Below, one piece after another: positions 9,335-18,989 of a DNA stretch of 64,000 nucleotides. The stretch is taken from the IMG/VR virus record IMGVR_UViG_3300023227_000005; one strand, given 5' to 3'. Position numbers and translations under genes: made by a program. Positions within the stretch are counted from its first letter, which is position 1, and each line of letters opens with the position of its first letter. Below the pieces are notes generated by a model, which was given only the letters and a program-made list of their open reading frames with translations, did no database searches and was not told the origin of the DNA. Source of the stretch: an uncultured virus (IMG/VR IMGVR_UViG_3300023227_000005). Its lineage: Duplodnaviria > Heunggongvirae > Uroviricota > Caudoviricetes.

Positions 9335-9788
9335 TTCTGTCCCTCTTAGATAATTCCAATGGCGTGATGTAAGGATCGCCCATGTTAGATTCAAATTCTG
9401 CCTTCTGCTCTTCTATCTTCTGCATAAAGTATGCGAAATCCATTTCTCTGTCTGCTATCGCAAAGTCCTGTTGTACCTTGTTTAGCACTAGGTAAAAGAA
9501 CTGTGGGTGAGACATTGGGGCGATTAGCTTAGCTAGAGACTCTAAGTTGTCTGTAGAAAAGTCGTCCACCTCTGTTGTCAGGTGCGGAGAGTCATTGTCT
9601 CCATTAAGAATTGAGTAGACAAAGGAAGCGTTAACAACCGGCTCATCTGCTGGTTCTTGCTCTTCTGAACAAATAGCTTCTACTCCCGGCTCTGTCTCTT
9701 CATCCGCAGCCTTTGCTGCCACAAGTTGTGCCTCTAGTTGTGCCTGTTCTACTGCTGTCCTAAAAATCTCTAAAGCTGTCGATTGCAT
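9327..9788 (-). CDS. Hypothetical acidic protein
   Basis: Operon-coupled ORF, RBS GGAG. Confidence 0.75.
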   Translation of the reverse strand: MQSTALEIFRTAVEQAQLEAQLVAAKAADEETEPGVEAICSEEQEPADEPVVNASFVYSILNGDNDSPHLTTEVDDFSTDNLESLAKLIAPMSHPQFFYLVLNKVQQDFAIADREMDFAYFMQKIEEQKAEFESNMGDPYITPLELSKRDRNE

Positions 9789-10848
9789 CGATTATCTCCG
9801 TTGTTGTGTTTTTCCAAGTAAATTTCTTACCAGTGTTAATTCCTTCTATATTTGTAGGCTTCTTTACGTGTACGTCTCGCATGTGTCTAGCAGTTTGCGT
9901 CACTTGCTCTGCTCCTAGCTTAGCCCATCGTCCCTGTCCGTGAAACCAAATGTTGTCTACTGCTGTTTCAAGTTCATCAATCTCTACCAACAGGCTGTTG
10001 TCACTATTACAAAACTCTGTATGTCCTGAATAGTTAGTTGCTATCACGGGTTTTCCAAGTGACATCATTTCCAGAAGCTCAAGATTCCAACCTTCCGCCC
10101 TTGAAATAAATACACCACAATCCATCGAATTCATGGTTTTTAAAACTTCTTGATGCGAATCTACCCTAGGTAAGAATCGAACTTTGTGCCCCAGTTCTGA
10201 CCCTAAGTACTTATTCTCCCAGGCTTTGTGTTGTTTGGCATTTAAGAAAGGATTAGTACACATCATGTGTAACTCTACGTCATCGTGATCCTTAAAAGCT
10301 AAGTTGAACGCTTCGATGACGGCGTCATGTCCCTTCCGAATCTCCCACTTGCCACAAGTAAAGAACTTAGTGGGGCCGCTGGTTGGTTTGCTCTCTATGT
10401 CGTAAGTTTGAACACCCAGGGGTATGACGCTAACTTTGTTGTCGCCGACCATGTAAGAAGAGTTGTCAAGCTCTTTTAATATGATACTCTTGGCCCATCC
10501 TGAGCACACAAAGATGTGATCTAAATTACAAAGGTGATGCTTCTCTTGTTTCGTAAAAGTATCAAGTTCAAAGATAGGAAACCCAATCTTCTTGCCATTG
10601 CCAACAAACTGAGACATATCATGTTGATGCCAGAGTCTAATACAGGGGGCATTGAAGTTGGGGGTTTTGGCTAGGTTGATTGAGTTTTGAATTGTCTCAA
10701 ACCTACTCTTCACATCTTCCATCCTAATCTGACCAACAGGAAAGAGGGCGACATCGTACTGCGTGAACCTGGACAACGCATGTAGAATGTTTTGCCCTAC
10801 TTGCCCATACCCAAGCTGATTCATTGGGGCGATTAGATTAAGATCCAT
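9760..10848 (-). CDS. Glycosyltransferase, GT4/GT-B family
   Basis: GKWEIRKG and SRAEGWNLELLEMMSLGKPVIAT (EX7E) motifs. Confidence 0.9.
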   Translation of the reverse strand: MDLNLIAPMNQLGYGQVGQNILHALSRFTQYDVALFPVGQIRMEDVKSRFETIQNSINLAKTPNFNAPCIRLWHQHDMSQFVGNGKKIGFPIFELDTFTKQEKHHLCNLDHIFVCSGWAKSIILKELDNSSYMVGDNKVSVIPLGVQTYDIESKPTSGPTKFFTCGKWEIRKGHDAVIEAFNLAFKDHDDVELHMMCTNPFLNAKQHKAWENKYLGSELGHKVRFLPRVDSHQEVLKTMNSMDCGVFISRAEGWNLELLEMMSLGKPVIATNYSGHTEFCNSDNSLLVEIDELETAVDNIWFHGQGRWAKLGAEQVTQTARHMRDVHVKKPTNIEGINTGKKFTWKNTTTEIIDAIDSFRDF

Positions 10849-11026
10849 TGATTTCCTCGATTGTTAAGATGATGCCACCTCTCGTATCTGATAGAGACTC
10901 TTTTTGTATTTGAAGTTCCTCTATGCTTTCTTTTAGTAGCGAGATTTGTTCTTCTATGACCTGCTCAGCAAGACTGATGTCTTTCTTTGCATTTTCTAGG
11001 AACATTAGAGCCCTTTTCTTATTCAT
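10838..11026 (-). CDS. Small coiled-coil protein
   Basis: MNKKRAL... heptad-rich; RBS GGAG. Confidence 0.6.
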   Translation of the reverse strand: MNKKRALMFLENAKKDISLAEQVIEEQISLLKESIEELQIQKESLSDTRGGIILTIEEINGS

Positions 11027-11993
11027 TGTTCGTCTTCTCCAAAGGGATTTGTGAATACTGGTGATCCGCATAGGAGACCACCATACTTGGATTGAAGAGA
11101 ATGTCCCATCCTTTTTCTTTCATTTGCCTATGCAAAACTACGTGGTCTGCGTCTACTGATCTTGCGTCCCAGAGTTTAACGCCATAGTTAACATCTTTGA
11201 ACGCTTCTTTCTTATAGAGCCCAAGGCCATTAAAGTTAGAATTCACAAAGGCAACATTGTCCCCAGGCTTCTGGTTGATAAAGTTGTATCTTCCAGTCTC
11301 ATGCTTTGGCTGAGCCTTGTCCTCTCCGTGTGGTCTGAACACAAAGCAGTCATACATCAAGTACTTAGAAGGGTGAACCGCTTCTAATGGGTTTTTATTG
11401 ATACAGTCGGCCAAAACTCCGTATGCCGTGACGGCACCGTTGGTCGGCCTATTCTCAAGGACCGCCAGGGCGTGCAGGAAGCCATTGTAAGACCATCCGC
11501 CCCATAGGTCGAGATCTAACACACACACGAAGTCAGCGTCGTGATACTCGATCTCAGATAGGTACATGTTGCGACAGTCTGCTAGGACTTTACACCTGTT
11601 GTAATGTACAGGGTCTTCGCCAGCTTGCAACATTGTGTCGTAGTTTTTGTCACTACGTGTGTCGGAAATATAGTCTAGTTTTTCCGACCTGTACCTTTTG
11701 AGAATATCCACGGTATCGTCGGTGGAATCGTTCTCATAGATAAAGATATGGTGATCTTTGAAGTATTGGGCTGTGTACTGCATCCTTAGGATGTTACGTT
11801 CTAGCCTATCGCCAACGTTGCGACAGATGCCGCAGAAAAGAATCTTCTTACCTTTTGCTATTTGGTATCCAGCACTAACGGTCTTCTTGTAAAGTTCCTC
11901 GTCGTTGATTTCAAATAGCTGATCTGGAAACATTAGTCCTTTGTTCATACTCACTCCAGTCGTCAAACGACAGAAGGCTACGGTGTTACCCAT
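11019..11993 (-). CDS. GT-A glycosyltransferase (CAP59/mannosyltransferase-like)
   Basis: IFIYENDSTDDT, LADCRN, LDLD (DxD), VNSNFNGLGLY, DHVVLH. Confidence 0.78.
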   Translation of the reverse strand: MGNTVAFCRLTTGVSMNKGLMFPDQLFEINDEELYKKTVSAGYQIAKGKKILFCGICRNVGDRLERNILRMQYTAQYFKDHHIFIYENDSTDDTVDILKRYRSEKLDYISDTRSDKNYDTMLQAGEDPVHYNRCKVLADCRNMYLSEIEYHDADFVCVLDLDLWGGWSYNGFLHALAVLENRPTNGAVTAYGVLADCINKNPLEAVHPSKYLMYDCFVFRPHGEDKAQPKHETGRYNFINQKPGDNVAFVNSNFNGLGLYKKEAFKDVNYGVKLWDARSVDADHVVLHRQMKEKGWDILFNPSMVVSYADHQYSQIPLEKTNNE

Positions 11994-12024
11994 AACCTAT
12001 CGACGTTTAGTTTGTTTTTTAAGT

Positions 12025-12408
12025 CTAGCTCTTTGAGTACACCACGGTGATGAACTGCTCAACGCTGTCTATCTTTTGAGATCCTAAGATTGAAGCGGCT
12101 GTTTTCTTAGAAGAGGCTGACTTCTCGCCAAGAACAACAAGGGCTTGGACACAGTCCTCATAAAGAGGGTGGTCTTTGCCACTAGGTGCTGGCTTAGCTT
12201 TGACTTTTAGCCTTGGCTTTTCTGTCTTAACCTGTAGGGCTAATCGAGGATTAGCCTTTGGCCTGACTACACGCCGAGGGGTTGGACTTATTGTCGCAAT
12301 CTCGATCATGTAGTCTTTACTTGGTCGCTGTACCTCCTGATCCCCAAAAATCCACTTGGAGACCAAGAGAATAACGAAAAGGCAAGAAAATAGGAAAATA
12401 CCAATCAT
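12025..12408 (-). CDS. Membrane-anchored protein with RuvA-domain-III-like C-terminus
   Basis: N-terminal TM; DCVQALVVLG...TAASIL...SVEQFI pattern. Confidence 0.5.
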   Translation of the reverse strand: MIGIFLFSCLFVILLVSKWIFGDQEVQRPSKDYMIEIATISPTPRRVVRPKANPRLALQVKTEKPRLKVKAKPAPSGKDHPLYEDCVQALVVLGEKSASSKKTAASILGSQKIDSVEQFITVVYSKS

Positions 12409-12437
12409 GGTCTGTCTTTCGGGTTTGAGTTGCCCCC

Positions 12438-12465
12438 ATTATACAGCACGATCCATTCTTGTCAA
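12438..12465 (-). promoter_or_regulatory. Sigma70-type promoter TTGACA-N16-TATAAT
   Basis: Perfect hexamers with a 16-bp spacer. Confidence 0.85.
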
Positions 12466-12474
12466 CCCCTAAAA

Positions 12475-12630
12475 TTACCCTCTTACCGTTTTTATTGCAC
12501 AACGGATCGAGCAGAAGAGCATTCTTCCGTTCTTGCTCTCGTGACACTCGAAGCACTTATCAAAGATAAGACTGTAGTTCAGGTTGGCTAAGGCCTTTAA
12601 CTGGCCCCAGACTTCTTTCATCTTTTCCAT
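12475..12630 (-). CDS. Small Cys-containing protein (51 aa)
   Basis: MEKMKEVWG...CFECHE...FCSIRC; RBS GGAG; below the ORF-track cutoff. Confidence 0.6.
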   Translation of the reverse strand: MEKMKEVWGQLKALANLNYSLIFDKCFECHESKNGRMLFCSIRCAIKTVRG

Positions 12631-12671
12631 AGGATATCTCCATGTTAGAGTAGTTACTACTCTATTATACC

Positions 12672-13052
12672 CTATTTCTCGCTCTGCTTCTTAGCCTCTA
12701 GCCACCCAGCCTTCCACTCTCTCGCCCTAAAGCGAAGTAGTGGAGACTTTTTAATCGAATCTCCAGCTTCAAAAGCTTTGTATCCCTTCGCGAAGTCACT
12801 AGAGTAATTCTTTAGAATACCCATCTCAACTTCGTGAAGCTTACCAAAGCCGTCACAGCGAGGGCAGTGGACTGATTCCTTCTCTATGTCTATCAGACCA
12901 TCGCCGCAGCACTCTGGACACTCTACCATCCCTAATTGAATAGGAACTGGAACTGGGACCACCTCTGTATCCGACTGGTTCGCAGGGTTGCAACCAGTCA
13001 ACATAAGAGCCATGAGTAACATCAATAGGATTTTCTTCATTGTCTTCTCCAT
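12672..13052 (-). CDS. Lipoprotein with DnaJ-type Zn finger and Rmf-like C-terminus
   Basis: LMLTGC lipobox; CPECCGDG / CPRCDGFG; GYKAF...SP...WKAGW. Confidence 0.7.
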   Translation of the reverse strand: MEKTMKKILLMLLMALMLTGCNPANQSDTEVVPVPVPIQLGMVECPECCGDGLIDIEKESVHCPRCDGFGKLHEVEMGILKNYSSDFAKGYKAFEAGDSIKKSPLLRFRAREWKAGWLEAKKQSEK

Positions 13053-13145
13053 ATATGGAAGTTATTGCTAAATCAACACATCTTTCCTTATAGTAGCGAG
13101 AAGACTCTAAAGCGGTCCACTTGCCATCCTCATAAACCTGGACCA

Positions 13146-13469
13146 TTACTCTGCCGGGGCTGCGTTCTTAGGTCCAAGCTGGATATCATTGGCGATGACA
13201 GAAACAGAGTCACGCTTGACTCCATCCTTCTCATAAGTGTCAATGTCCAACCGTCCAGTGACGCCGATCAACTTACCCTTCGTAAGATGCTCAGCCAGGA
13301 CTTCCGCCTGTCTACCGAAAACCACGACGTTCAAGAACATAGTCTTATCCTCTTTTCGTCTGTCATTGACGGCCAATCTAAAGTTACAAATTTGAGTCCC
13401 CGTTTGGGTCTCCTTTAGCTCTGAGTCAGCGGTCAATCTTCCGGTCAGTGTTACAACATTCAAATTCAT
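13146..13469 (-). CDS. ssb: Single-stranded DNA-binding protein (no acidic tail)
   Basis: NVVTLTGRLTAD, FRLAVN, FGRQAE...LTKGKLIGVTGRL. Confidence 0.95.
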   Translation of the reverse strand: MNLNVVTLTGRLTADSELKETQTGTQICNFRLAVNDRRKEDKTMFLNVVVFGRQAEVLAEHLTKGKLIGVTGRLDIDTYEKDGVKRDSVSVIANDIQLGPKNAAPAE

Positions 13470-13987
13470 TTCAATTTCCTCATTTCGGATACTGGTACTA
13501 CAAAGTTGTTAGGCAGACGTTGCCCATACTTTTTCTCTTTCTTCTTCTTGTCAAACATATAACGTGTTATAGTTCCAAGAATTTCTACTTCCTTATTCTT
13601 CATGTCGAACCTAGCAAGAACGTACTTGTTAGGAACTTTCCTTTCCTCGTACTCTTTTTGGGTGATTTTTAATTCAGGTTCACCATAACCCATATAGGTG
13701 ATTGTTTTGACCTCAATGCCTTTGAAGTCTTCACCACCGTCTCTCACATCGTAGATTTCTTCATCTGCTGACTCACCACTATACTGAGACCAAGCGTATT
13801 CGCCTACTAGTCCAAGGAAGTGAGGCATGTATTGTTTGTCGATCTTGAACAAATCCTCGAAAGACTCGTCCTTGTCTTTTGGCATGATACGACCCTTGTT
13901 TCTAAACGAAGAGTGCTTAGCGTCATGACGCTTCTTAGCTAGATCAAAAAGATACTTCAATTCAGCTTTCTTTAGTTTGATCTTCAT
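13466..13987 (-). CDS. Hypothetical protein, possible PD-(D/E)XK fold
   Basis: GLVGEYA...DGGEDF..IEVKT pattern. Confidence 0.6.
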   Translation of the reverse strand: MKIKLKKAELKYLFDLAKKRHDAKHSSFRNKGRIMPKDKDESFEDLFKIDKQYMPHFLGLVGEYAWSQYSGESADEEIYDVRDGGEDFKGIEVKTITYMGYGEPELKITQKEYEERKVPNKYVLARFDMKNKEVEILGTITRYMFDKKKKEKKYGQRLPNNFVVPVSEMRKLK

Positions 13988-14330
13988 TAGCTATCACTAC
14001 CTCCCTACAAATGTTGATAAATTCTTCGTCAGTCTTATTATTTTTCATCTTGTTAATATCCTTATCTACCCATTGAACATTATCCTTAGTATACCCTTTA
14101 TTAGAGTCTATTCTATCTAAGGAAGCATTTCCTCTTTTAGTTCTATCTTTCTGATACCCCTTTGAGTGAAATCTTAGTGCTTTCTTGCTTAATTTGCAAA
14201 ATCCGTCAAAAATAGACTCTAAATAGTCTATTGATACATCAAACAGAATGTTTCTTTTGATGGCGTTTTGCTTTATACTGTTTATGAATGACTGGGGTAT
14301 TAAGTTTCCTTTGACTATGTACTTGGAAAT
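13962..14330 (-). pseudogene. HNH-like endonuclease frame lacking a standard start codon
   Basis: Open frame ...ASLDRIDSNKGYTKDNVQWVDKDINKMK...; no ATG/GTG/TTG upstream of the motif. Confidence 0.7.
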
Positions 14331-14797
14331 AAATCCATTTTTATGTTTGCCTGCTCGAAAATCTCTGATGCCTGCTTAAAAGAATCTTGCCATCTTTCAA
14401 CATCACTTTCATAGGAAACCACGCGAACAACAGAAAATCCCCTGATAACCTTAGCACAAGCCCCGCAGGGCTGGAACGGCCAAGTGTAAATGGTTAGGTC
14501 GGACAAGTTGGCGTTACCAAGATGATAGAGGGCATTTTCTTCTGCGTGTGTGATGTGTTGTATTTTGAAATCTCTGTTTTCTATCTTTGAATCGTCAAAA
14601 CCCCTAGGAAAACCATTATATCCAGTGGATAAAACCCTGTTCTCAGAAGTAACCACTGCCCCAACTTTTGTGCTGGGGTCTTTTGACCAAGTACTAACCT
14701 CTTTAGCAAGCTTTAAAAATCTAAGATCCCACTTCTTTTGTCTTGTGGCTACTTCTTTTTTCATTGCCAAGACCTTATCAGCTAACGCCCCCTTCAT
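14315..14797 (-). CDS. dCMP deaminase
   Basis: SKDPSTKVGA, GYNG, HAEENA, PCGAC. Confidence 0.93.
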   Translation of the reverse strand: MKGALADKVLAMKKEVATRQKKWDLRFLKLAKEVSTWSKDPSTKVGAVVTSENRVLSTGYNGFPRGFDDSKIENRDFKIQHITHAEENALYHLGNANLSDLTIYTWPFQPCGACAKVIRGFSVVRVVSYESDVERWQDSFKQASEIFEQANIKMDLFPST

Positions 14798-15141
14798 GCT
14801 TCTCCTCCACAGTCTTCTCGTTGGATGTCGTCTGACAATTCTGTCCAATATATTTCATAAACAACAGACTTGTCATCACACCCTATAAATCTGTGATACT
14901 CACCAGGAGGAACAGAACAAGAGTCTCCAGCAATCATCGACGTGTCATCTACCAAGTCGTATTCATTCTTCCACCTTCTAAGCAAAATTTGTCCAGACTC
15001 AACAAAAAACATATTGTGCGTATGTAGGTGACTATGCTTAGAACACTGATAGCCTCCATCTATAACGACTCTGCTGATCTTTACGTTGTTCTTGTTGAAC
15101 AGGTCACAGGTTTTACCCCAGATCTTTCCTTCTATTAGCAT
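14794..15141 (-). CDS. Cupin-domain protein
   Basis: CSKHSH...FFVESG...VPPGEYHRF. Confidence 0.85.
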   Translation of the reverse strand: MLIEGKIWGKTCDLFNKNNVKISRVVIDGGYQCSKHSHLHTHNMFFVESGQILLRRWKNEYDLVDDTSMIAGDSCSVPPGEYHRFIGCDDKSVVYEIYWTELSDDIQREDCGGEA

Positions 15142-15656
15142 TTTGTCTCCGTCAGGTATAGCACTTGATTTTCGTGAATAGGAATAGACCTAGCGACAAC
15201 CAGACCTCTTTTTTCTATAAAGCTAAACCAGTCTTCAAAGTTTTTTTTGTTTATGTGTAGATCAACCCCTTCGTACTCACTTACGCTGTTGTTAATAGAA
15301 ATTGCTTGTCTACCTACTCTGCGAAAATTTTCAAAGAGACCCTCTAAATCTTCGTCTAAGAGGTGCTCTATGACATCAATACAAACAACAGACCGAAAAT
15401 CCGTCAACTCTATTGGTTTTGTAATATCAGCAATCACCATTTTACTACCAAGGTCTATCTGGTCATACCCTTTACAGTCTAGTTCTTTTTCTCTAAGAGC
15501 TAGGACTGTATGCCCTCTACCGCAACCAAGGTCTGCCACTGGAGCAATTAGGTAATCAATATAGTAGGGGATGAGCCTTACGCCTGGACAGCGGCCAACA
15601 TTCGCATTGCCGTACCAAGAGGACTCTTCATAGATCTTTTGATAGTCATAAATCAT
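15135..15656 (-). CDS. Class I SAM-dependent methyltransferase
   Basis: DLGCGRG, IDVIEHL. Confidence 0.88.
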   Translation of the reverse strand: MIYDYQKIYEESSWYGNANVGRCPGVRLIPYYIDYLIAPVADLGCGRGHTVLALREKELDCKGYDQIDLGSKMVIADITKPIELTDFRSVVCIDVIEHLLDEDLEGLFENFRRVGRQAISINNSVSEYEGVDLHINKKNFEDWFSFIEKRGLVVARSIPIHENQVLYLTETKC

Positions 15657-16315
15657 AAGGCAAATAGCTCGAAGCGTCTCATTTTAACTGGGTTAACATT
15701 GATAACTTGGATGTGTGGATAGTGTTGTGTCAGCCACTTCTCCATCAAGGTCCAAGACTCTAAAATTTTGTTTGAATGATTTATAACCCAAGGGGGCACA
15801 GTCTCAGTATGGAAGCTACCACGAGTATAATCACAGTCTTGACCGACTAGGTAGATTCTTTGAACCCCAGAGTATGCAGCAAACTGTATCATTTCAAAGG
15901 TAATGCTGTAACAATCATACAGAGGGGGTATCTCTTCAACAGCGAGGGGCAACAAGCAAGAAGGATTAAAAAGACAAGGATAATAGACGCCGTCTAGTCC
16001 CTTGGGTATCTTACGAAACGTAGCCTTATAAAGAGGGTCTCTGTAGAAGTTCTGTCTCGTGGCTTTGTATGCTTTGTACTTATTAGGATCAGAATTGTAA
16101 CCTCTTCTCTTGTTTCCGGCATCTCCGATGAAATAATAATCCATTCTCCTAGGGAAGTGGATAATCTCATTACATCCGATAGTAATTTTGTCGTGAAGTA
16201 ATAAGCCAAGAACCTTCTCAGACAATCCATTTATTGAAGGGCCGGAGCCCATAACTACAGCCTCCTGCCCGTAGTGTTCATATTTGTAGTCTTCAAGCTT
16301 CATAGTTGTGAGCAA
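15653..16315 (-). CDS. Maf/DUF115-like (sialyltransferase-like fold) protein
   Basis: VVMGSGPSI, IGCN, SITFEMIQFAAYSG..RIYLVGQD. Confidence 0.7.
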   Translation of the reverse strand: MLTTMKLEDYKYEHYGQEAVVMGSGPSINGLSEKVLGLLLHDKITIGCNEIIHFPRRMDYYFIGDAGNKRRGYNSDPNKYKAYKATRQNFYRDPLYKATFRKIPKGLDGVYYPCLFNPSCLLPLAVEEIPPLYDCYSITFEMIQFAAYSGVQRIYLVGQDCDYTRGSFHTETVPPWVINHSNKILESWTLMEKWLTQHYPHIQVINVNPVKMRRFELFAL

Positions 16316-17012
16316 CCTTATTGTAAGCTTCCCGCATTAGTCTTTGTCTTTTTGGCTTATCTAGTTGGTAGTTATTGCCAGTAAAGTGCCAAACAAAAGA
16401 GCTATTAAGATAAGAAGTATCTCCTTCTTCATAGTTGAACCCCAGCATGTCGTTCCAGATTTTTGGCAAGTAGTTGATACCTGTTCCAATTTCTTTCCAA
16501 GCGAGAATGTTGAGAGGCGTCTGCTCCCAAGAGCTAGTATTATGCTTCTGCGAATACTCGAAGAAGCTTCTTAACTGAGATCTTAGTCTCCAATATTGGT
16601 GATTATCTATCACCATGACGCCAGCGTTGAAATAGTTCTCTGGAGGCATATCTACATGGAAGTGCTTCCTCCACTGATTGAGATGCGGGATAGCACCGTA
16701 GTTCAAGGGAGAAGAGTCTTTGACAACATTGATGCTTGAAGTAGCGACCTCGAAAATGTTAGGGGCGTTCCACCTAACCATCGTATCTGCATCTACGATC
16801 AAAAGCTTGCTGTCTCGATCCATAGCTCCTAACCATTGGCAGTGCCAGGGATACCAAGAGCCATTCACATCTTTGCCAACTCTTTCGTCTCTTTCTGTTT
16901 GGACCTGTAGATGAACACCGATCCTATCAGCATATCTCTTCCACGTTTCGATCCCTAGAGGAAAATCTTCTGCAAACCCGTCTAGGGCCGAAATGTAGAT
17001 AATGTTAGCCAT
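16293..17012 (-). CDS. GT8-like glycosyltransferase
   Basis: VDADT, YFNAGV, EQTPLN, WN, WHFTG. Confidence 0.85.
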   Translation of the reverse strand: MANIIYISALDGFAEDFPLGIETWKRYADRIGVHLQVQTERDERVGKDVNGSWYPWHCQWLGAMDRDSKLLIVDADTMVRWNAPNIFEVATSSINVVKDSSPLNYGAIPHLNQWRKHFHVDMPPENYFNAGVMVIDNHQYWRLRSQLRSFFEYSQKHNTSSWEQTPLNILAWKEIGTGINYLPKIWNDMLGFNYEEGDTSYLNSSFVWHFTGNNYQLDKPKRQRLMREAYNKVAHNYEA

Positions 17013-17229
17013 TGATTCCTAAGTCCTTGTAAGCTTCTTCTTTATTAGCGTATTTCTTAATCGTCTTCCAGTAACTAGAGTCAGACTTAAACCATCCGCT
17101 CTTTTGGTACTCAAAGACCCAAAGTGTGGCACCACTTCTCGAAGCCGTGATGAGGGCAGCTTTGCCATCCGCATCCCCAGACCAAGTAATAGTGCCCCAC
17201 ATGCCATTGTCGTGTTCGGTAATTCTCAT
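17005..17229 (-). CDS. Hypothetical protein
   Basis: RBS GGAG; follows the GTGTATAAT motif at 17266. Confidence 0.7.
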   Translation of the reverse strand: MRITEHDNGMWGTITWSGDADGKAALITASRSGATLWVFEYQKSGWFKSDSSYWKTIKKYANKEEAYKDLGING

Positions 17230-17289
17230 GATAAATCTCCATTAGTGTAGTAAGTTACCTAAGTAATTATACACTTTTATCGAAGACAA

Positions 17290-17583
17290 TTAACAACTTG
17301 ATGGCCACGCATACCCATCGCTGCCATTGTCGAGTGCAGCCTCTAATGCGGCATCCAAAATCAAATGAATAGGAGTGGTCCCATCCTCTTGCTCTTCCGT
17401 TAATTCCTTAACAACGTCTTTTGCCAACGACACCTCATCTGCAACTCGTACATAAGGCAGATCTCTGTCATCCTTCATACTTGGAATGTGTTGCACCATC
17501 CATGCAAGATGTGTCTTGCCAACCCTTATAACTATTTCACCACTGTCTTCTTCATAGAAGCATTCAACCATTTTACTTGACAT
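17290..17583 (-). CDS. Hypothetical protein
   Basis: ORF in gene-dense run. Confidence 0.7.
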   Translation of the reverse strand: MSSKMVECFYEEDSGEIVIRVGKTHLAWMVQHIPSMKDDRDLPYVRVADEVSLAKDVVKELTEEQEDGTTPIHLILDAALEAALDNGSDGYAWPSSC

Positions 17584-17639
17584 AAGAATATTTTTTACCC
17601 CTTACTTTCCATTATCTGATGACTATCACTAGATTATTC

Positions 17640-18575
17640 TTAGAAAAATCCATTATCCACTTGCCACACCTCTAAACCCAATGCTCGGTAATGCCAGCAG
17701 ATCTGTGCCCTATCGTCAATCGCGTACTTTACATTGAACCTTGGGAGAATCTCATTTCTGAGCAATTCTTCCTTGATATCGCAGTCAGGACGCGTATCGT
17801 CTGGAGTGCGGATGAAGATTTCACACAGACCTTCTCTAAAAACTTCACAACTAGGAAAGACTTCTTTAACGATCCAGCTTTTGGTTTCTTTAAGGGCTAT
17901 TCCATCTCTACCTGTTAAGAAGATAACTTTGGGGCAACCTCTTTTCCCAGTAAGCTTATCGTGAACCAGAGATTGCACAAAAGACACGACATTAGGCTTT
18001 GGTCTATCATTCCCAACTTTGTCCCAGTCATAAGGCATACGGCCCCACTTCTCACCCTTCCCCATATCGGCGATGGTTCCATCAACGTCTACAATCACAC
18101 ACTCAGGCAGGCCCTCAGTAGGAGTTATGACGCGACCCTGGATCTCAAGCTGCTTGCGAAACATATCGTGAATAACGACCTCTGGAACAGAGTATGCCCT
18201 ATTCAGGTTACGCTCAATCAACCTGTGAAGAGGAACGCCGAAGAATTGCTTGAAGACAACTCTAAAGCCCAGTTTCTCAGCCTTGGCCTTGGTTTGAGCT
18301 AGGTACTTACTATTGAGGTTTGTGTTATCGTCAACAACCGAAACTCCATTGAAGGCCGCGTCTCGAAGGTCTTCATCCAGTGCTAGAGTAACCCTAGTTT
18401 CCTTTGCCTTTGTGAACTTGTACTCTGACCATTGGCCAAAGTCAAACAATGTACGACGCATATCGTCCCTGTTGAGACGAACCCCCTTTTGCTTACTTGC
18501 CCAGGTGGACTTTCCGCTGGCTGGACACCCCATTAGTATTGTGTAAGTTGGTCGTGAGTCTTCTTTAAGTGCCAT
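17640..18575 (-). CDS. pseT: Polynucleotide 5'-kinase / 3'-phosphatase (T4 PseT-like)
   Basis: GCPASGKST, NRDDMR, DNTNL; HAD motif DVDGT, TGR, IDDR. Confidence 0.93.
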   Translation of the reverse strand: MALKEDSRPTYTILMGCPASGKSTWASKQKGVRLNRDDMRRTLFDFGQWSEYKFTKAKETRVTLALDEDLRDAAFNGVSVVDDNTNLNSKYLAQTKAKAEKLGFRVVFKQFFGVPLHRLIERNLNRAYSVPEVVIHDMFRKQLEIQGRVITPTEGLPECVIVDVDGTIADMGKGEKWGRMPYDWDKVGNDRPKPNVVSFVQSLVHDKLTGKRGCPKVIFLTGRDGIALKETKSWIVKEVFPSCEVFREGLCEIFIRTPDDTRPDCDIKEELLRNEILPRFNVKYAIDDRAQICWHYRALGLEVWQVDNGFF

Positions 18576-18788
18576 GTTAGATCCTGTAAACTAAGCCTTC
18601 TTGTGAGTGAACTATGTCGTTGGGTAGTCTGTCCCTTACCATCGAAATGGCTTGGTAGTCGCCAAGTTCCTTGTTTCTTAGAAAGTACAATAATATAGCA
18701 CTATACCTACCATCAGAAGTAGGGCGATTGAAATTGTTTACTATCTCCATACGATCTTTCTGATGTGAAGATCCCGATTGTAGCCACA

Positions 18789-18989
18789 TCATAGATCCAT
18801 AAAGAATTTGACCAATAACAACACAACCCCAACGACCCCAGAGCAAACGCCTATAAAATACAAATATCTAATAGGTAAAAGATACTGAAGTCCTCCTTGC
18901 CTACTAGTGGCCCAGAGTCTAATGAGACAAAACAAAGAAAGAATACATAAGACAGAAGCTCCTAAACAGATAAGTATAGCTGTGTTCAT
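18789..18989 (-). CDS. Small 2-TM membrane protein
   Basis: Two hydrophobic helices; coupled to the upstream stop. Confidence 0.6.
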   Translation of the reverse strand: MNTAILICLGASVLCILSLFCLIRLWATSRQGGLQYLLPIRYLYFIGVCSGVVGVVLLLVKFFMDL

